A stretch of DNA of 63,727 nucleotides, counting the filler, from Octopus bimaculoides (taxonomy: Eukaryota), in assembly GCF_001194135.2 (NCBI RefSeq). It is 5 parts of 4 records of this genome, joined end to end, with 100 filler letters (N's around TTAATTAATTAA, not from the genome) between each part and the next. Parts side by side here need not be neighbours in the genome. Positions count along the whole stretch, not along the records: positions 47,379 to 62,080 come from NC_068982.1; positions 62,181 to 63,727 come from NC_068998.1; 3 more parts are not named here. One strand, written 5' to 3'. The notes beneath the pieces were generated by a model. That model saw nothing but the letters and a program-made list of their open reading frames with translations, was not told the origin of the DNA and did no database searches. Below, in pieces: positions 48,986 through 62,709 of the stretch (positions within the stretch are counted from its first letter, which is position 1; every line of letters begins with the position of its first letter). Both the position numbers and the translations under genes were made by a program.

Positions 48986-50331
48986 CTTATACACACACAC
49001 ATAGATAGACAGATAGATGAGTAGGTAGGTAGGTAGGTAGGTAGGCTGGTTGGCTGGTAGATGGGTAGGTAGATAGATAAATAGATAATACAAAAGAAAG
49101 AAGTAGAAGGCGAAGGTTAGCTGAGAAATGTTTGCACTTATTAGATCATGCGAATAATTCTTCTAAATAAATTAATTCTAAATAAAATCAAAACATCTTC
49201 TGCTCTGTCAATGACGTTCAGTTAAATGTTCCAAACTGTTACCATGGTACTTTATTGTACTTTTTTTATCGTTTTAGTACGTATCAATACACTCGTACCT
49301 ATTGATACTATCGCAAGATGTATTTCCAAATCTACACACTATATGGAGATGATCTTTGTAAGAATCACGTTTACTGAGAGGATGATAATAGCACAGTTAG
49401 CTATTTTTATCACAGCATGTTATAGAAATAGGTGGATCTTTTTTCATAGTAATACACTCATGAAGATCAGCTTCATGACGTATGGGCTGTAAAGAGTTAT
49501 AAGAACGGTATGAACTAGAATAGGTTCAGCTGATGTTCGATGATTACAAGTGTAGCCTCCGGAAGTTTCTACCATCTATGGTAATATCATAGTGCAGAAA
49601 GCTCCCGTCAAATATATCGGTTTTGGCATCATGTACAGACATGTCTTCAGATATGAAAATACGTCCACTTGTAACAACAATGTGTTTCATTCTGCAATGG
49701 CCGCATAGCTCTAAGTTACCAGGGACTGTAATAGGTGGTCAACATTTCATGGTGTGCGCGTATCTTTTATCCCAAGCCTATTCCAAAATAACAAACTAAT
49801 CGTCTCTAGGTGAACTGTAATATACCCAAAGCTGAGATTAATTTCTCAATGTTATTGCTATGTTTGATATATGAACCCCTGCACAAATGCTTTTATGAAA
49901 AGACACCGTTCTTATAAACCAGTTCGGCTTTGTTTGTATTACAACCTATATCTTTATCATGTTCAGAGAACTATAAGGATGTTATTTTTGCTCTTGATTG
50001 TGAAGACTTCCTTACTATTTCAGTTATCTCTGAATGATAAGTCGTAGCGTGCAGAACTTTCTACATTAAATTTCTTTCTTTTCTGTCACTTTGTCGGTTT
50101 CTAAGTTGCCTTTAGTGGTCAATATCTTCCTTGTGTTGATTCAAATTGTGGATTTCTTACAGCGTCCACTTGAGTATCAACAAAATGTTTTACAAGAAAA
50201 CATTATGGGATATGAAATTATGGTATGTCAAACATCTGCAGCTACTACACATTCCAGGATTAGCTACAATACTTCTTGTTATGTTCTTATCGATTCCAGC
50301 ATAATTGTAGTACCTGAAAAGAAAAGGGAAC

Positions 50332-50553
50332 TCTCTTTACTTGTTTCAGTCATTTGACTACGGCCATGCTGGACCACTGCCTCTAGTCGAGCAAATCGAC
50401 CCCAGGACTTATTCTTTGTAAGCCTAGCACTTATTCTATCGATCTCTTTTTGCCGAACCGCTAAGTAACGGGGACATAAACACACCAGCATCGGTTGTCA
50501 AGCGATGGGGGGGGGGGAAACACAGACACACAAACACACTCACATACACACGC

Positions 50554-50590
<37 letters not shown>

Positions 50591-50755
50591 TACGATAGGC
50601 TTCTTTCAGTTTCCATCTACCAAATCCACTCACAAGGCTTTGGTTGGCCCGAGGCTATAGTAGAAGACACTTGTCCAAGGTGCCACGCAGTGGGACTGAA
50701 CCCGAAACCTCGTGGTTGGTAAGCAAGCTACTTACCACACAACCACTCCTGCACC
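50332..50755 (-). mobile_element. Family B SINE, full length
   Basis: Colinear with 41755-42148. Confidence 0.92.
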
Positions 50756-53500
50756 TACAGGGAAGGTTAAATTTTCTAATTTGGGGCATAAATTATTGCC
50801 AGAAAGGAACATTCTTTTCCTCACCGAATTCTCATGTCTTTTAATATTTTATAATATTATGGCCATTCTGAGCGGAGCAACAAAAATTAATTCTATGCAG
50901 ATATAAATCTGCTACAAAAAGTACGAGTAACATTAATTATTACCAGCCCCTGCAGAACCTAATAGGGAATTGTAATGATCCATAACTGTCTGATTGTTAA
51001 GGGAATCACTACTACGATAAGCAGAAACATAGAGAGATGAACTTTCTAAAAAAATTACTTTTATTATGTTTGTAGGTTACATTGTTACTTTAGTAGCTGC
51101 AAATCTATTAGTAACCACATCTTTTTCAAATCAATGTGGACTGTTTTGTATCTGAGAGACAGTTATAAACAACCCTAGACAATCTTCTGACTATTCACTT
51201 CTTCCTTGGTAACCATATTTTTCACCATGGGATCGAAGAATTTTATTCAAGCAACTGGTACTAAATCTATATGCCATATTTACGTATGCAATCGATCTAT
51301 AGTTCTGTATTAGATTAATTTTTATTTATCGGAAAAGAAAGTGCAAAAGTATTACATACTGTGAAGATTAAAAATCTCACTAGTAAGAATTATAATGATT
51401 TATAGCAACTGCTATTGTATTTAGTAGTATTATGTAAATCATGTCACAGTTTTTACTAACTTGCCCCTAGTATTTGATTAACTGCTCCCACCGTCACAAG
51501 GTTGGTTCTTTAATCTGTAAGTTTTCAAGTATGAGACTAATACAATGTTATAAATGTTCCGCGGAAATGCTTTCAAAATACATCTTTTTGTGCTTATTGC
51601 TTTAATATCTTATACTTATATTCTTATATTTCTCCACGTTGTAACATTAGATGTTCTTAAAGTAGAGAATTCATTTAAAAGGTATTATGATCTGCCTTAC
51701 TGCCTTGTAAGATTTCTGAATGTAAAATAAACTTATGCATGAATACTGCTCGCTTCCAGCATTTTTCTGCAAAAGTTACTTTCAATTATTCAACATAATG
51801 GTCGATTGAGACAGTTGACATTTCTCACATACTACATTTTCTTTATGTTTACTTTTAACAAAAAGAAAAACAAAACAAAAAAAAAGCAAAAACCTGTTTT
51901 CTTACCTTCACGACATTTAGATATAGTTAAATGAGCGAACGTTCAGATGTTATTTCCTGCAATGTGGCACAAGAAAATCCAGCGATTCGCTCTTTAGCAT
52001 CATGACAGAGTTGATATTAAACAAAATTTAAGATCAGAATATATCACATTGCCGCAATGTATCCCCAATCGACAGTGCAACGTAAATTTTGAATAATTTA
52101 TTTTTAAGTTGTAATTAGTGAATGTGAATTAATTTATTCACTTTCCAATTAATGTTAGGACTAAACGTTTAAAATGTCACCGTTGTTTGTCTATTGCTTA
52201 AAATTGTTGTTCTTTTTATTTATCTATTTATTTATTTATTTATTTATTTATTCATTCATTTATTTGTACGAGGAAAATAAAAATAAATTGCCATGACGTG
52301 TTGCATATAATTCGATCGATATCTACCATTATCAAATGGTAAATGCAGCAAAATACAATGATAACGTAATCATATACATTATATTAGGATATTCCATGTA
52401 TGTTAAGAGTTCGTTAGCTACGTATTCGATTGCTGATCTTATTAAATTGGTTCGATACTTCTTTGCAGTCCTCCGTTCTTTAAATGTAAATAGTAGAAGA
52501 TAAAATTCTCCATGCATTTTCCTTACATTGATTTTTAAGAGCATTATGGTATAATATTATCATGAGTCAGAAAGGTAGAAAATGTCGGCAACTGCACTTC
52601 TGAGAGTTTTGCCGTCTCGCTTTCTGATATGTTCAGTATTGAACATGATATCTTCATTATGTGTTGTTGTTGTTGTTGTTTTTGGTGGTGATGGTGGTGG
52701 TGGTAGTGGTGTATATCTCAACCATGATTGAGTACCTTTACAATCATTGGTCTATCAGCTGTGATCATCTTCTATTTTATTCAACTACATTAGCTAATTC
52801 TGTGAGACGATAGTTTTTGGTATGAGAAATATGAGCGCTAGAAACACACGCACTTACACACTAGCGCGCACACACACATACATGTATGCATGCACACAAA
52901 AAACGGGAAACCACGTCTGTGACAGTTTATATATATATATATATATATATACATATATATAACTGTCACTTATAGGCAAATATTATATATTTAAACAGTA
53001 ACCCAACAAAAACTCAAACGGAAAATTTGACACACAAGACGGGACGTTGTTCATTCTCGTCAGTTATCGCCCAAAAGATCCTTACAATTTCACGCCTTTA
53101 ACGATAATATCGGATGGGTTGTGTATTTTTATTATTAGTATTGAAACTACTCATCATAACATGTGCAAAATATCTAGTAGTGTCATTTTCTGTCATATAT
53201 GTATGTAAGTTGACTACCAGGTTTCTCTAAATATATTTTGCTAGATCTACTGTAAAAAATTATCATAGAATACGGGGTCTTATTTCAGAAAATAAACAAC
53301 CCACATGACATTTACCTTCTATATTGTGGTTATTGTAAATACTCCTTTCAATACATCTAGCGGTGATAGCCTGTTCTTATAACATGAATGTTATAACTTT
53401 TCTTAACAAAGCCAGGACGATGAAGTGAAAGAATTGAGACTGTGCTGGACAAAATGCTGGCTTTGCTGTTACTTGATAACTTTTGTCAGTGTTCTTAACT

Positions 53501-53576
53501 AGTTTTCAGCTCTTTTGGGGTTCATCTTACATCGTACGATACTATGTGAGATGAGCCCCAAAGGAGTTGAATGGCT
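53501..53576 (+). ncRNA. Pre-miRNA-like hairpin
   Basis: 53506-53532 pairs with 53544-53570 without bulges (27 bp, four G-U pairs) around an 11-nt loop; the basal stem extends to about 33 bp with a single bulge. Confidence 0.45.
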
Positions 53577-54254
53577 TTAATAACTCATGCTTTTGCATTT
53601 CGTCACTAACAGCAATAATACGCTTGGAAAACGCCTAAACATTACAACTTTACAGTTACAAGTACTGTATGTTAGTAGAAACTGGATGGCTTAGAAGACC
53701 TGCCCAGCGTCGAGAAGTGCCTTGTCGGAAAACTCTTGCCCGGACCAACTTTGCATTTACTCTTTTCAAAGTTTATAAAGCAAGTGCCTGACAAAGTACT
53801 GTGGTTAATAAAAATCAACAAAAATTCCTCGATGCGCTACAATGACATGACCCGCAATGCGTTATATGTCCGTTACTCGATATTTTATGATTCAAAAGAA
53901 TACATACTTCCACGCAGATGTGTTTACAGAAGTAAATACGAACAACATCTAGCTATTTAAACATGGGTACACCAGCTCATTCATGCCTTTAAATTATGAA
54001 GAATAATTTACCAAGATAGTAATCATAAGAAAGCAAGATATTACACGAATGAATTGAATGTAATCTATAAAGCCAGTAAATCTTTAAAATTTATACTTAC
54101 TAGTGCTTAAACATTAAGAATAGAGTTAAGTATTAATGTTGCTATTAAATAACTGCTATAAACATCAGTTATGAGAAATACATTGTAAAGGCACGTCATA
54201 CAGATATTAATGTATGTCTGTGTATACATGAGTATGCACACACACGTATATGTA

Positions 54255-54286
<32 letters not shown>

Positions 54287-54782
54287 NNNNNNNNNNNNNN
54301 NNNNNNNNNNNNNNNNNNNNNNNNNNNNNNNNNNNNNNNNNNNNNNNNNNNNNNNNNNNNNNNNNNNNNNNNNNNNNNNNNNNNNNNNNNNNNNNNNNNN
54401 NNNNNNNNNNNNNNNNNNNNNNNNNNNNNNNNNNNNNNNNNNNNNNNNNNNNNNNNNNNNNNNNNNNNNNNNNNNNNNNNNNNNNNNNNNNNNNNNNNNN
54501 NNNNNNNNNNNNNNNNNNNNNNNNNNNNNNNNNNNNNNNNNNNNNNNNNNNNNNNNNNNNNNNNNNNNNNNNNNNNNNNNNNNNNNNNNNNNNNNNNNNN
54601 NNNNNNNNNNNNNNNNNNNNNNNNNNNNNNNNNNNNNNNNNNNNNNNNNNNNNNNNNNNNNNNNNNNNNNNNNNNNNNNNNNNNNNNNNNNNNNNNNNNN
54701 NNCTCTGATATAAGAAAGCAATTTCGTTGTAACTCACTCAAAAGGTGTATTTTCCGTCACGAAAAAAGTACAAAAAACTGTC

Positions 54783-54895
54783 AGCTGGAGGAGGGAGAGA
54801 TTGCTGGAGGTTGGCGAGAGATGTTTTCGGAGGTTGGCGAGAAAGATTGTTGGGGGTTGGTGAGAGAGGTTGTCGGAGGTTAGCGAAGGCATCTG
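54783..54895. repeat. Minisatellite, about five units of about 22-24 bp
   Basis: Units like GGAGGTTGGCGAGAGATGTTTTC. Confidence 0.8.
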
Positions 54896-55285
54896 GAAAT
54901 GTATAACTGCTGTCATTCACAGAAAAACTATTATTCTACCGTGAGAAAAGCGCTGTTGAAGTGCTAAGTGAAATTTGGCAATCGAGGATCGAATCCACGC
55001 TATGCCTGCATAAAGCCACTACAAATACGTTGTGGGATAAAAAAATTTATCTACTGTCATGGAAAAAGTGTAACTGTAAAAAATGCAGAATTATCAGAGT
55101 AATGGGAATTCAAAAAAGTATGTATAGAAAGGTATGAATGAAGTCCTTAAGGTTTAAGACTCAGATTAAGGAAGTGCAATAATAATGTTTAGCAGTCCAA
55201 AACGGTGAGTAGTGAAATGCAGAATTAGGTCGACTGATCGTGAGAATCAAATATTGATCGCTTCGCTAAAATCTGCAGGTTATAT

Positions 55286-55715
55286 GGGTTATTTCCCTTG
55301 GGCTTTTAAAATAAAATATTAGTAATATGTGGTAGATATAAGGATCCATTGGAAGAGCCCAATTATCGATTTTTTTCAACAATCTAAGTATGTCACGAGG
55401 TTTCCAGACATGAGTTCTACTCACGTGTCAAATAAAGTATAAAAGTGATATTGTCTGCAAAAATTAGAAATAGGACGCACAAAAAATCAATATTTAAAGT
55501 AATCGAACATAAACAATGAAATGGGTTATTTCCCTCGAGTTTTTAAAAAACTATTGTGCAGATGCTATGGGTTATTTCCCTTGGGTGTTTAAAAAAACAT
55601 TAGTTATATGAGGTAGATATAAAGGTCCCTTCCAGGAGCCGTATTATCGATTGTTTCCAATAATCTAAGTATGTCACGAGGTTTCCAGACATGAGTTCTA
55701 CTCACATGTCAAGTT
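55286..55715. repeat. About 145-bp direct repeat pair with a third partial unit
   Basis: GGGTTATTTCCCTTGGG...AATCTAAGTATGTCACGAGGTTTCCAGACATGAGTTCTACTCAC.TGTCAA at about 55286-55430 and 55570-55710; partial unit at about 55522. Confidence 0.85.
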
Positions 55716-56687
55716 TCAGTTTCATCAAAATCAATAAAACGATGTAGGAGGAGTTAGCTAACAACGCCACAGACAAACACACACCGATTTTCCACATATG
55801 TAGTAGATATATATACTTGTTATATTGATGGAAAAGATAGACCAGCAATATATATGCATAGGAGACTTGCCTTATGTAAGTGAAACGAATGTCATGTGTG
55901 CGTGTGTGTATGTTTATATGTTTATTAAAATGAATACGTGATGTAATGTACGTATGTGTATGTAAATGTATTAGCAACAGATTATAGTCATCTTTCGCTG
56001 CTTGATGTTACATATCTTTGCATTTATTACTGTTGTTCATTCTTCATCTGTAATTAGAGCTGTCATTGCAATCTCTCTTCTCATCACCATGGATACATTT
56101 TTGCATGTCTTCTGTTCTTCTCCCTGCTCTTTCTCTTCCCCCTCCTCCTCCTCCTCCTCATCATCATCATCCTCATCATCATCATCATCATTATTATCAT
56201 CATCATCATCATCATCATCCAGAAGAGTTTTTTTCTCTCTCTCTGCTTCAACGAAACAGATAGCATACAATAAAAGTTTACCCAGCATTTGCGTAACTAA
56301 GAAAAAAGTTCCACTGTGGCTTTCCTTATTGGTTTCATTCATTGGACTGCGACCATACTAGTGACCACCGTAATAAGTGTTGTCTTCTGAACTTTTACCT
56401 CTCAGCCTCTTACTTTATCTATACTTTTCTGTTTCATACATCATCGCCGCCAATTTGTCGAACTATTAAACCACTGAGTTTTAGAGCACAAGGAATATAA
56501 ATAACACCAGTCAGAAGCAGAATTAGTTTAAAACTGCAATCTATGCATCATATTTTAAGCAGTATTTCATATTCATATATGTAGTATTTGTTTCTTTCCA
56601 ATTTAATTGATTTCTATGGGTGATCGCTTGCACAAATAAATACTTGTGGTATAACTACGAAATAGTTATCAATATAATTACTATAAC

Positions 56688-56880
56688 AAAGGCAGCGAGC
56701 TCGCAGAATCGTTACTGCACCGGAAGAAATGCTTAGCGGCATTTCGTCCGGCCTTATAGTCCAAATTCCGTCGAAGGTGACTTTACCTTTCATCCTTCCG
56801 GGGTCAATAAATAAGTACCAGTTGAGCACTGGGGTCAATGTAATCGAAGTGCTGGCCTTGTGCCAAAATTTGAAACTAAT
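56688..56880 (+). mobile_element. Family C SINE
   Basis: AAGGCAGCGAGCTCGCAGAATCGTT...CCTTTCATCCTTCCGGGGTCAATAAATAAGTACCAG...GCCAAAATTTGAAAC. Confidence 0.85.
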
Positions 56881-57216
56881 ATAATTACTATAACAACTCA
56901 TTTCCATGAGTTTATTTTCATTCGGATTGTTGTTGATTCCGGTTATTTAAGTACTCTAGGAGAATTCTTTTGCATAGCAAATGGCAAATAATTCCGTTCT
57001 CCACATTTCGACCATCTTTGTTCGATGCAGTTTTCTACGTTGCGGCGTATCTGAACAGACTCTCACACATATGAAACATTCTGCAGAATCGCTGACGAAG
57101 GTGGCGCGTAATCGGAGACTTCTGTGTACATGTGTACATTCAGAGCAGGTTTTACAGCCACATCATCCTAACCGACCGGGTAAAACCAGGCTTATCTGCT
57201 AGTATGTATATATATA

Positions 57217-57267
<51 letters not shown>

Positions 57268-59814
57268 GTATGTATATAATCTGCCTAGGAAAGGGCTTGA
57301 TGGAACATCCGTGTGAAACATGATGCTACCATTGCCAAAATTTATCAGAAAAATATGAAAGCGAGACCCTTAACTGAATATAATAACGATGATCTAAGAT
57401 CATGCCAGCACATTTATGTACATGAAATTTTCATCAATTAATTCAAAATATTTCCATCGCATAAATTGCTGTATTTGCATGACGTAATTCACACCCTAAA
57501 GCAAATGTTTGAACTTATCGCAACGTTGTCGACATACCACCAAATAAGAATGTAAATAAATGAATGAGAGATTAAATATATAATTAACAGTCGTTAAACG
57601 AAAAGATCTACCTTTCAAGTACAAAATAGACACAGACTGATCTGATTGCTGAAAAAAGAAAAGAGACTACAATTTAACGTCTCGTTGTTTTGGCACATGT
57701 TGTTTACTGTACGGATAGAGGATATCATCGGGAGGACAGATAGACAATATATATATGGTACTTACTTTATACGTATCAGAACTTCAATATCGTAGATTGC
57801 GATGCAAGCCTAAATTGCAACAGGGTATCTAGGTTTATATCATTTGTGTTTGTATACTAGAATTCATAAATCAATGAAGAGACATGTTGAATAACATTCA
57901 AATTAAATTCGCTTTAGGAAGTTTATTTTTGTATTTTTTGGTTATCACCATCACCATGTTTCATCTTCAATATGAAACGGCATCGAATATTCAAAGCTTC
58001 AGAAAATTTCTCAATATTTGAAAATTATTTACACATTATGTTATATTTGTCGCTATTATACTTTTGACTGATACTAAGAAATTGTAGAATGATAAATTTG
58101 ATGCCTTCCGGTTTTCAGCTCAAGAATGTATATGAGCATTTGATCTAGAATCAATATCATAACAATAGCGTAGGAACAAATGAAAAAGTCGATTCAAAGA
58201 AATAATGTGTAGAAATGGGGTAGGGTGGGGGGTAAAAACACGCAGTAAACCTCGTATTTTAAAACAAAGGTTCAATAATTTTATGTCAAACAATATTTTC
58301 ACTCTCACGCAATCATGTGAAGGAACTGTACAGGACAGATTCGTAAATCTGAAGTTTGTTGTACTTGCTTGCAGCTTTTGATTTTATATAATGCTTGTCC
58401 GCTAAATAAATGTTAAGCAATGCGAACAATATAAACGCCGAGAAAATGCCTGGACATCTGAAGAAACAAATAAATTTCTCTCTGGGCTTAAACATAGAGG
58501 TTTGTGACTTTCCACCAATGTAAGCAATTGCTGAAAGTAAATCATTCCTCACATTTCTCTACAGGCAATATGATGCCACAGTAACTGGCAAAATATAGCA
58601 TTACCTTTTTGACTTCATTGCTCACAAGAATCTAGATTGTTCCTAATAATGTATAGATAGGAAACACTCGATGGACTAGTAGAGTGCTGGTGTAATAAAG
58701 CAAGCACTGATACAGCAGGAGATTTTAAGTTAATAATTTACCGAACTGTAACCACAGACCTGTACATTTGTTCTCTTCTCAGCAATAAAGACTGACTATT
58801 TCATCCCCAATGCAAGCATTGAGAATGAAAGCCGGTTCTATCAAGCATAATATGATGGTTGAAAAAAATATTCTCGGTACACTGTTACCATTGATCTTAG
58901 TTCCACCGATTACATATTTCCTGCATTTGAACCAGTATGGTTTAAATATCTAGGCAAATAAGTGGAATTAGATATACTCTTTTATTCATTTACTGGTACC
59001 AAACAGTGAATTGCGGCCATGCGAGAGCAGTGCAGTTTCTGAAACCAATAAATGACACTAACGACTTTAGTATCAAATAGGATCAGTACCGAATTCAGAT
59101 AAGCACTGGAATCTATTTGATCGCCTAAAGTTGGCAAATGCATCAATGTCACAACAACACATTTTAAATTTTATGAGAAAATATGCCTCCTGAATGATGA
59201 TAAAGAAATAATTATTGATTCTATTATAGCAATAAGTCTTGAGGTAGACACTTAGACACTGAGCCAAATCTCAGCCCCTTTGTTAAATACACAAGTATTT
59301 AGGAAAGAAGAGTGCGAATATTGCTTACAGAGATGCCTTAGTTAAGGAATAGAGAGGGTGGATGATTCTATAAAGTCAGTATTTTTCTCCACAGATAACT
59401 TGACCATGTTCTCACAAAACATCACATTGTCCAAATACATTTGGAAATCAAAAGATAATGAATAACCACAAACATTATACGTGCAATGCAATACAGGGAA
59501 GTACTAATTCCCATTTATCTAATCCACTAGTTACTACATATTCTGGGATTATATTGAATTGTTGAATAATTTCGTTCATATTTTTTTTTCTACTTGGCAC
59601 TCCATCGTCATATGTCTGAAAAGGGATACGATCTATTCAAATTTCAAAAACGATTAACAAAATTTGTAGTGGAATAACAGAACTACAAAAATCATAAAAC
59701 ACTACGACAAAAAGTATTTTTCTCATTAATTAAAATAACACTGAAATGATTAAAATTAATGGAAAAAGAAAAGCGAAGGAATTTATCTGATAACAAAATA
59801 TTTTTTCGTGTTTT

Positions 59815-60221
59815 TTTTTTACTTGTTTCAGTCATTAGACTACGACCATGTTGTAGCACCGTCTTGGAGGGTTTTAGTCGAATGAATCGACTCCAGCACT
59901 TATTTTTAAAGCCTGGTACTTATTCGATCGGTCGCTCTATTGCTGAACCGTGGACGTAAACAAACCACATCGGTTCTCAAGCGGTAGTGGGGAACAAACG
60001 TAAAAACACAGTGATGTATATATATATATATATATGTATATATATNNNNNNNNNNNNNNNNNATATATATATATATATATATATAAAACGAGCTTTTTTC
60101 AGTTTCTGTCGACCAAAACCACTCACAACGCTTTGATTGCCCAAGGTGCCACGCGGTGCGACTGAACTCAGAACTATGTGATTAGGAAGCAAACTTCTTA
60201 CCACACATTCACGCCTGCGCC
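59815..60221 (-). mobile_element. Family B SINE, near full length with a gap
   Basis: ACTTGTTTCAGTCATT...CCCAAGGTGCCACGCGGTGCGACTGAAC...CCTGCGCC. Confidence 0.85.
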
Positions 60222-60856
60222 GATATAAATGCATTGTTTAATTTATCTATGGATTTTTAATATTTAATTTCGCTCCCCTATGTTATGAGTTCAAATTCCA
60301 CCGGAGGAGAATTTTAACATTCATGATTCGCGGCCTGTAAAATACATTTTGGGGTGGATATAATTCGTTATACTTCTATCTCGAAAGTTGTGGGGACTTG
60401 TGCCAATATTGACAATCAATAATTTATATCTTTATTATTTAGTTAATAATTTCTATATTCAATACTCCCATTAATCCCCATTAATTCTTTAATTAATCTT
60501 AGAATAAATAAATCAAGTAATTGTTCAATTACTAATTAACTATTCAATTCAATTATGAATAAAATTTTGCAGTACTAATACAGTTATTAATTTCTCCACG
60601 CAATTAATAAATTTATCTATTTCTTTATTATTAATTATACTCTTAACACAAATATCAGAGAGCTTTCTCTGGAGTTGCACTATTACACAGAATTGCTTGG
60701 TAATAGAGAGAGATCAATAGGTAGATCTCTGTACTTCATATACACACATGGACATATATTCGATCAGTTACTAAAGCACTGCACAAAAAAAAAAAAAANN
60801 NNNNNNNNNNNNNNNNNNNNNNNNNNNNNNNNNNNNNNNNNNNNNNNNNNNNNNNN

Positions 60857-60877
<21 letters not shown>

Positions 60878-60901
<24 letters not shown>

Positions 60902-61159
60902 CATATATATGTGTGTGTGTGCTTGTGTGTGTGTGTGTGTGTGTGTGTGTATACATATACATACGCCCATTAACATACGTGTGTACATGACCATTAAGTA
61001 TATATATATATGTATGTATCTATCAATGTAATATATAAATGAGCATACGTTTGTGTTGCGTGTATGTGTGTGTTTATATATGTGTGTGTGTGTTTGTGCG
61101 TTTGTGTGTATGTGTGTACAATATATGTGTACATATATATGTAGATATATATATATATG

Positions 61160-61196
<37 letters not shown>

Positions 61197-61558
61197 NNNN
61201 NNNNNNNNNNNNNNNNNNNNNNNNNNNNNNNNNNNNNNNNNNNNNNNNNNNNNNNATATAGGTATATATATATTTATACATATATACATACATCCATTCA
61301 CCTACATGTGTACATAACCATTAAGTATATATACATGTATGTATGTATGTATGTATGTATATATATATATGTGTGTGTGTGTATAAAGATGAATATATAT
61401 GTATGTAGATATATGTATATGTATGTATGTATATGTATATATATATATATATGTATATNNNNNNNNNNNNNNNNNNNNNNNNNNNNNNNNNNNNNNNNNN
61501 NNNNNNNNNNNNNNNNNNNNNNNNNNNNNNNNNNNNNNNNNNNNNNNNNNNNNNNNNN

Positions 61559-61591
<33 letters not shown>

Positions 61592-62043
61592 TATGTATGT
61601 ATGTATGTTTATATGTCTGTACATATATGCATAAATGGTTATAAACTTAAATACACAGGCAGTCATGCATATACACATACATGCAAATATGATGCGATGC
61701 TCAATAAATTCATGAACACTTGTTAACGAAAAAGCCTCAGCATTCGAAGTAGGACATTATTGCTATAACTTCGGAATTATTTACCGTTATATTTTACTAA
61801 CTTATCTAGTACTCTGTTGCTAGCACTAAGTAGTTTTTAGCTCTTGTTTGTCTGTTGTGCATCTTATATTAAAAAAAAAAACATGGATACACACACACAC
61901 ATACACACACAGACACACACACACACACAAACGCACACACATAATCATATATGCATGTAGATATATATATATTTATTTATGTATGTATATATATATATAT
62001 GTGTGTGTGTGTATATATACATGCACATGTATATGTATGTATA

Positions 62044-62080
<37 letters not shown>

Positions 62081-62180
62081 NNNNNNNNNNNNNNNNNNNN
62101 NNNNNNNNNNNNNNNNNNNNNNNNTTAATTAATTAANNNNNNNNNNNNNNNNNNNNNNNNNNNNNNNNNNNNNNNNNNNN

Positions 62181-62211
<31 letters not shown>

Positions 62212-62230
62212 CACACACACAAGCACACGT
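60878..62230. repeat. (TA)/(GT)/(CA) low-complexity tract with gaps
   Basis: Direct reading. Confidence 0.9.
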
Positions 62231-62254
62231 ACACATACAATACACACGTACACA

Positions 62255-62709
62255 TACAAACATCCCTCTCCAGCCAGGGTTTGACTACAATCTCTATCAG
62301 TTTCACATAGCCATCTGAACTGATTTTTAGGCCATGTTCAAAGATATGGGACAGCATGACATTGCCCTCATAATGCTTTCTCTGTCCCCTCCTACTGGCC
62401 ATGGCTTTGTAGTTCCTGTTTGGGGTATAACTTGGTGTTCATGATGTACAAATCATGTCTTACAGCCTTGACAGTGTTCACAGAGCATTTGTTGTTGGCT
62501 TTTTGATACACTGGATGAATCTTTACAATAAACGAAAGTCTTTCCCAATATTCGGATGGTTTCCAGTCCTCCATGTCAGTTGACTTTTTCTCAACTACAG
62601 CTTTAATCTTAATAATGCTCTTCAATGCCACTGACTATTCACCAATACATCAAACTGTTCCTAAAATGGGGGGACATGAAAAATTGTCAAATTTAGCCTA
62701 AACGTCCTG
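62255..62709 (-). mobile_element. Second maT-like Tc1/mariner relic (5' end plus a deleted transposase piece)
   Basis: Terminus TA|CAGGACGTTTAGGCTAAATTTGACAATT; MEDWKPSEYWER N-terminus; EGNVMLSHIFEHGLKISSDGYVKLIEIVVKPWLER is homologous to DGNVMPPFIFPHSLRLNIEAYIKCLEEAVLLWVKR at 2 kb. Confidence 0.78.

Noticed and set aside
56002-56361. Acidic poly-D/E ORF (minus strand) and poly-S ORF (plus strand)
   Set aside because: Produced by (TCA)n/(TCC)n repeats; no domain similarity or convincing splice structure.
57090-57125. CTGACGAAGG...GGAGAC hammerhead-like string
   Set aside because: GAAA is absent and stems I and III do not pair properly.
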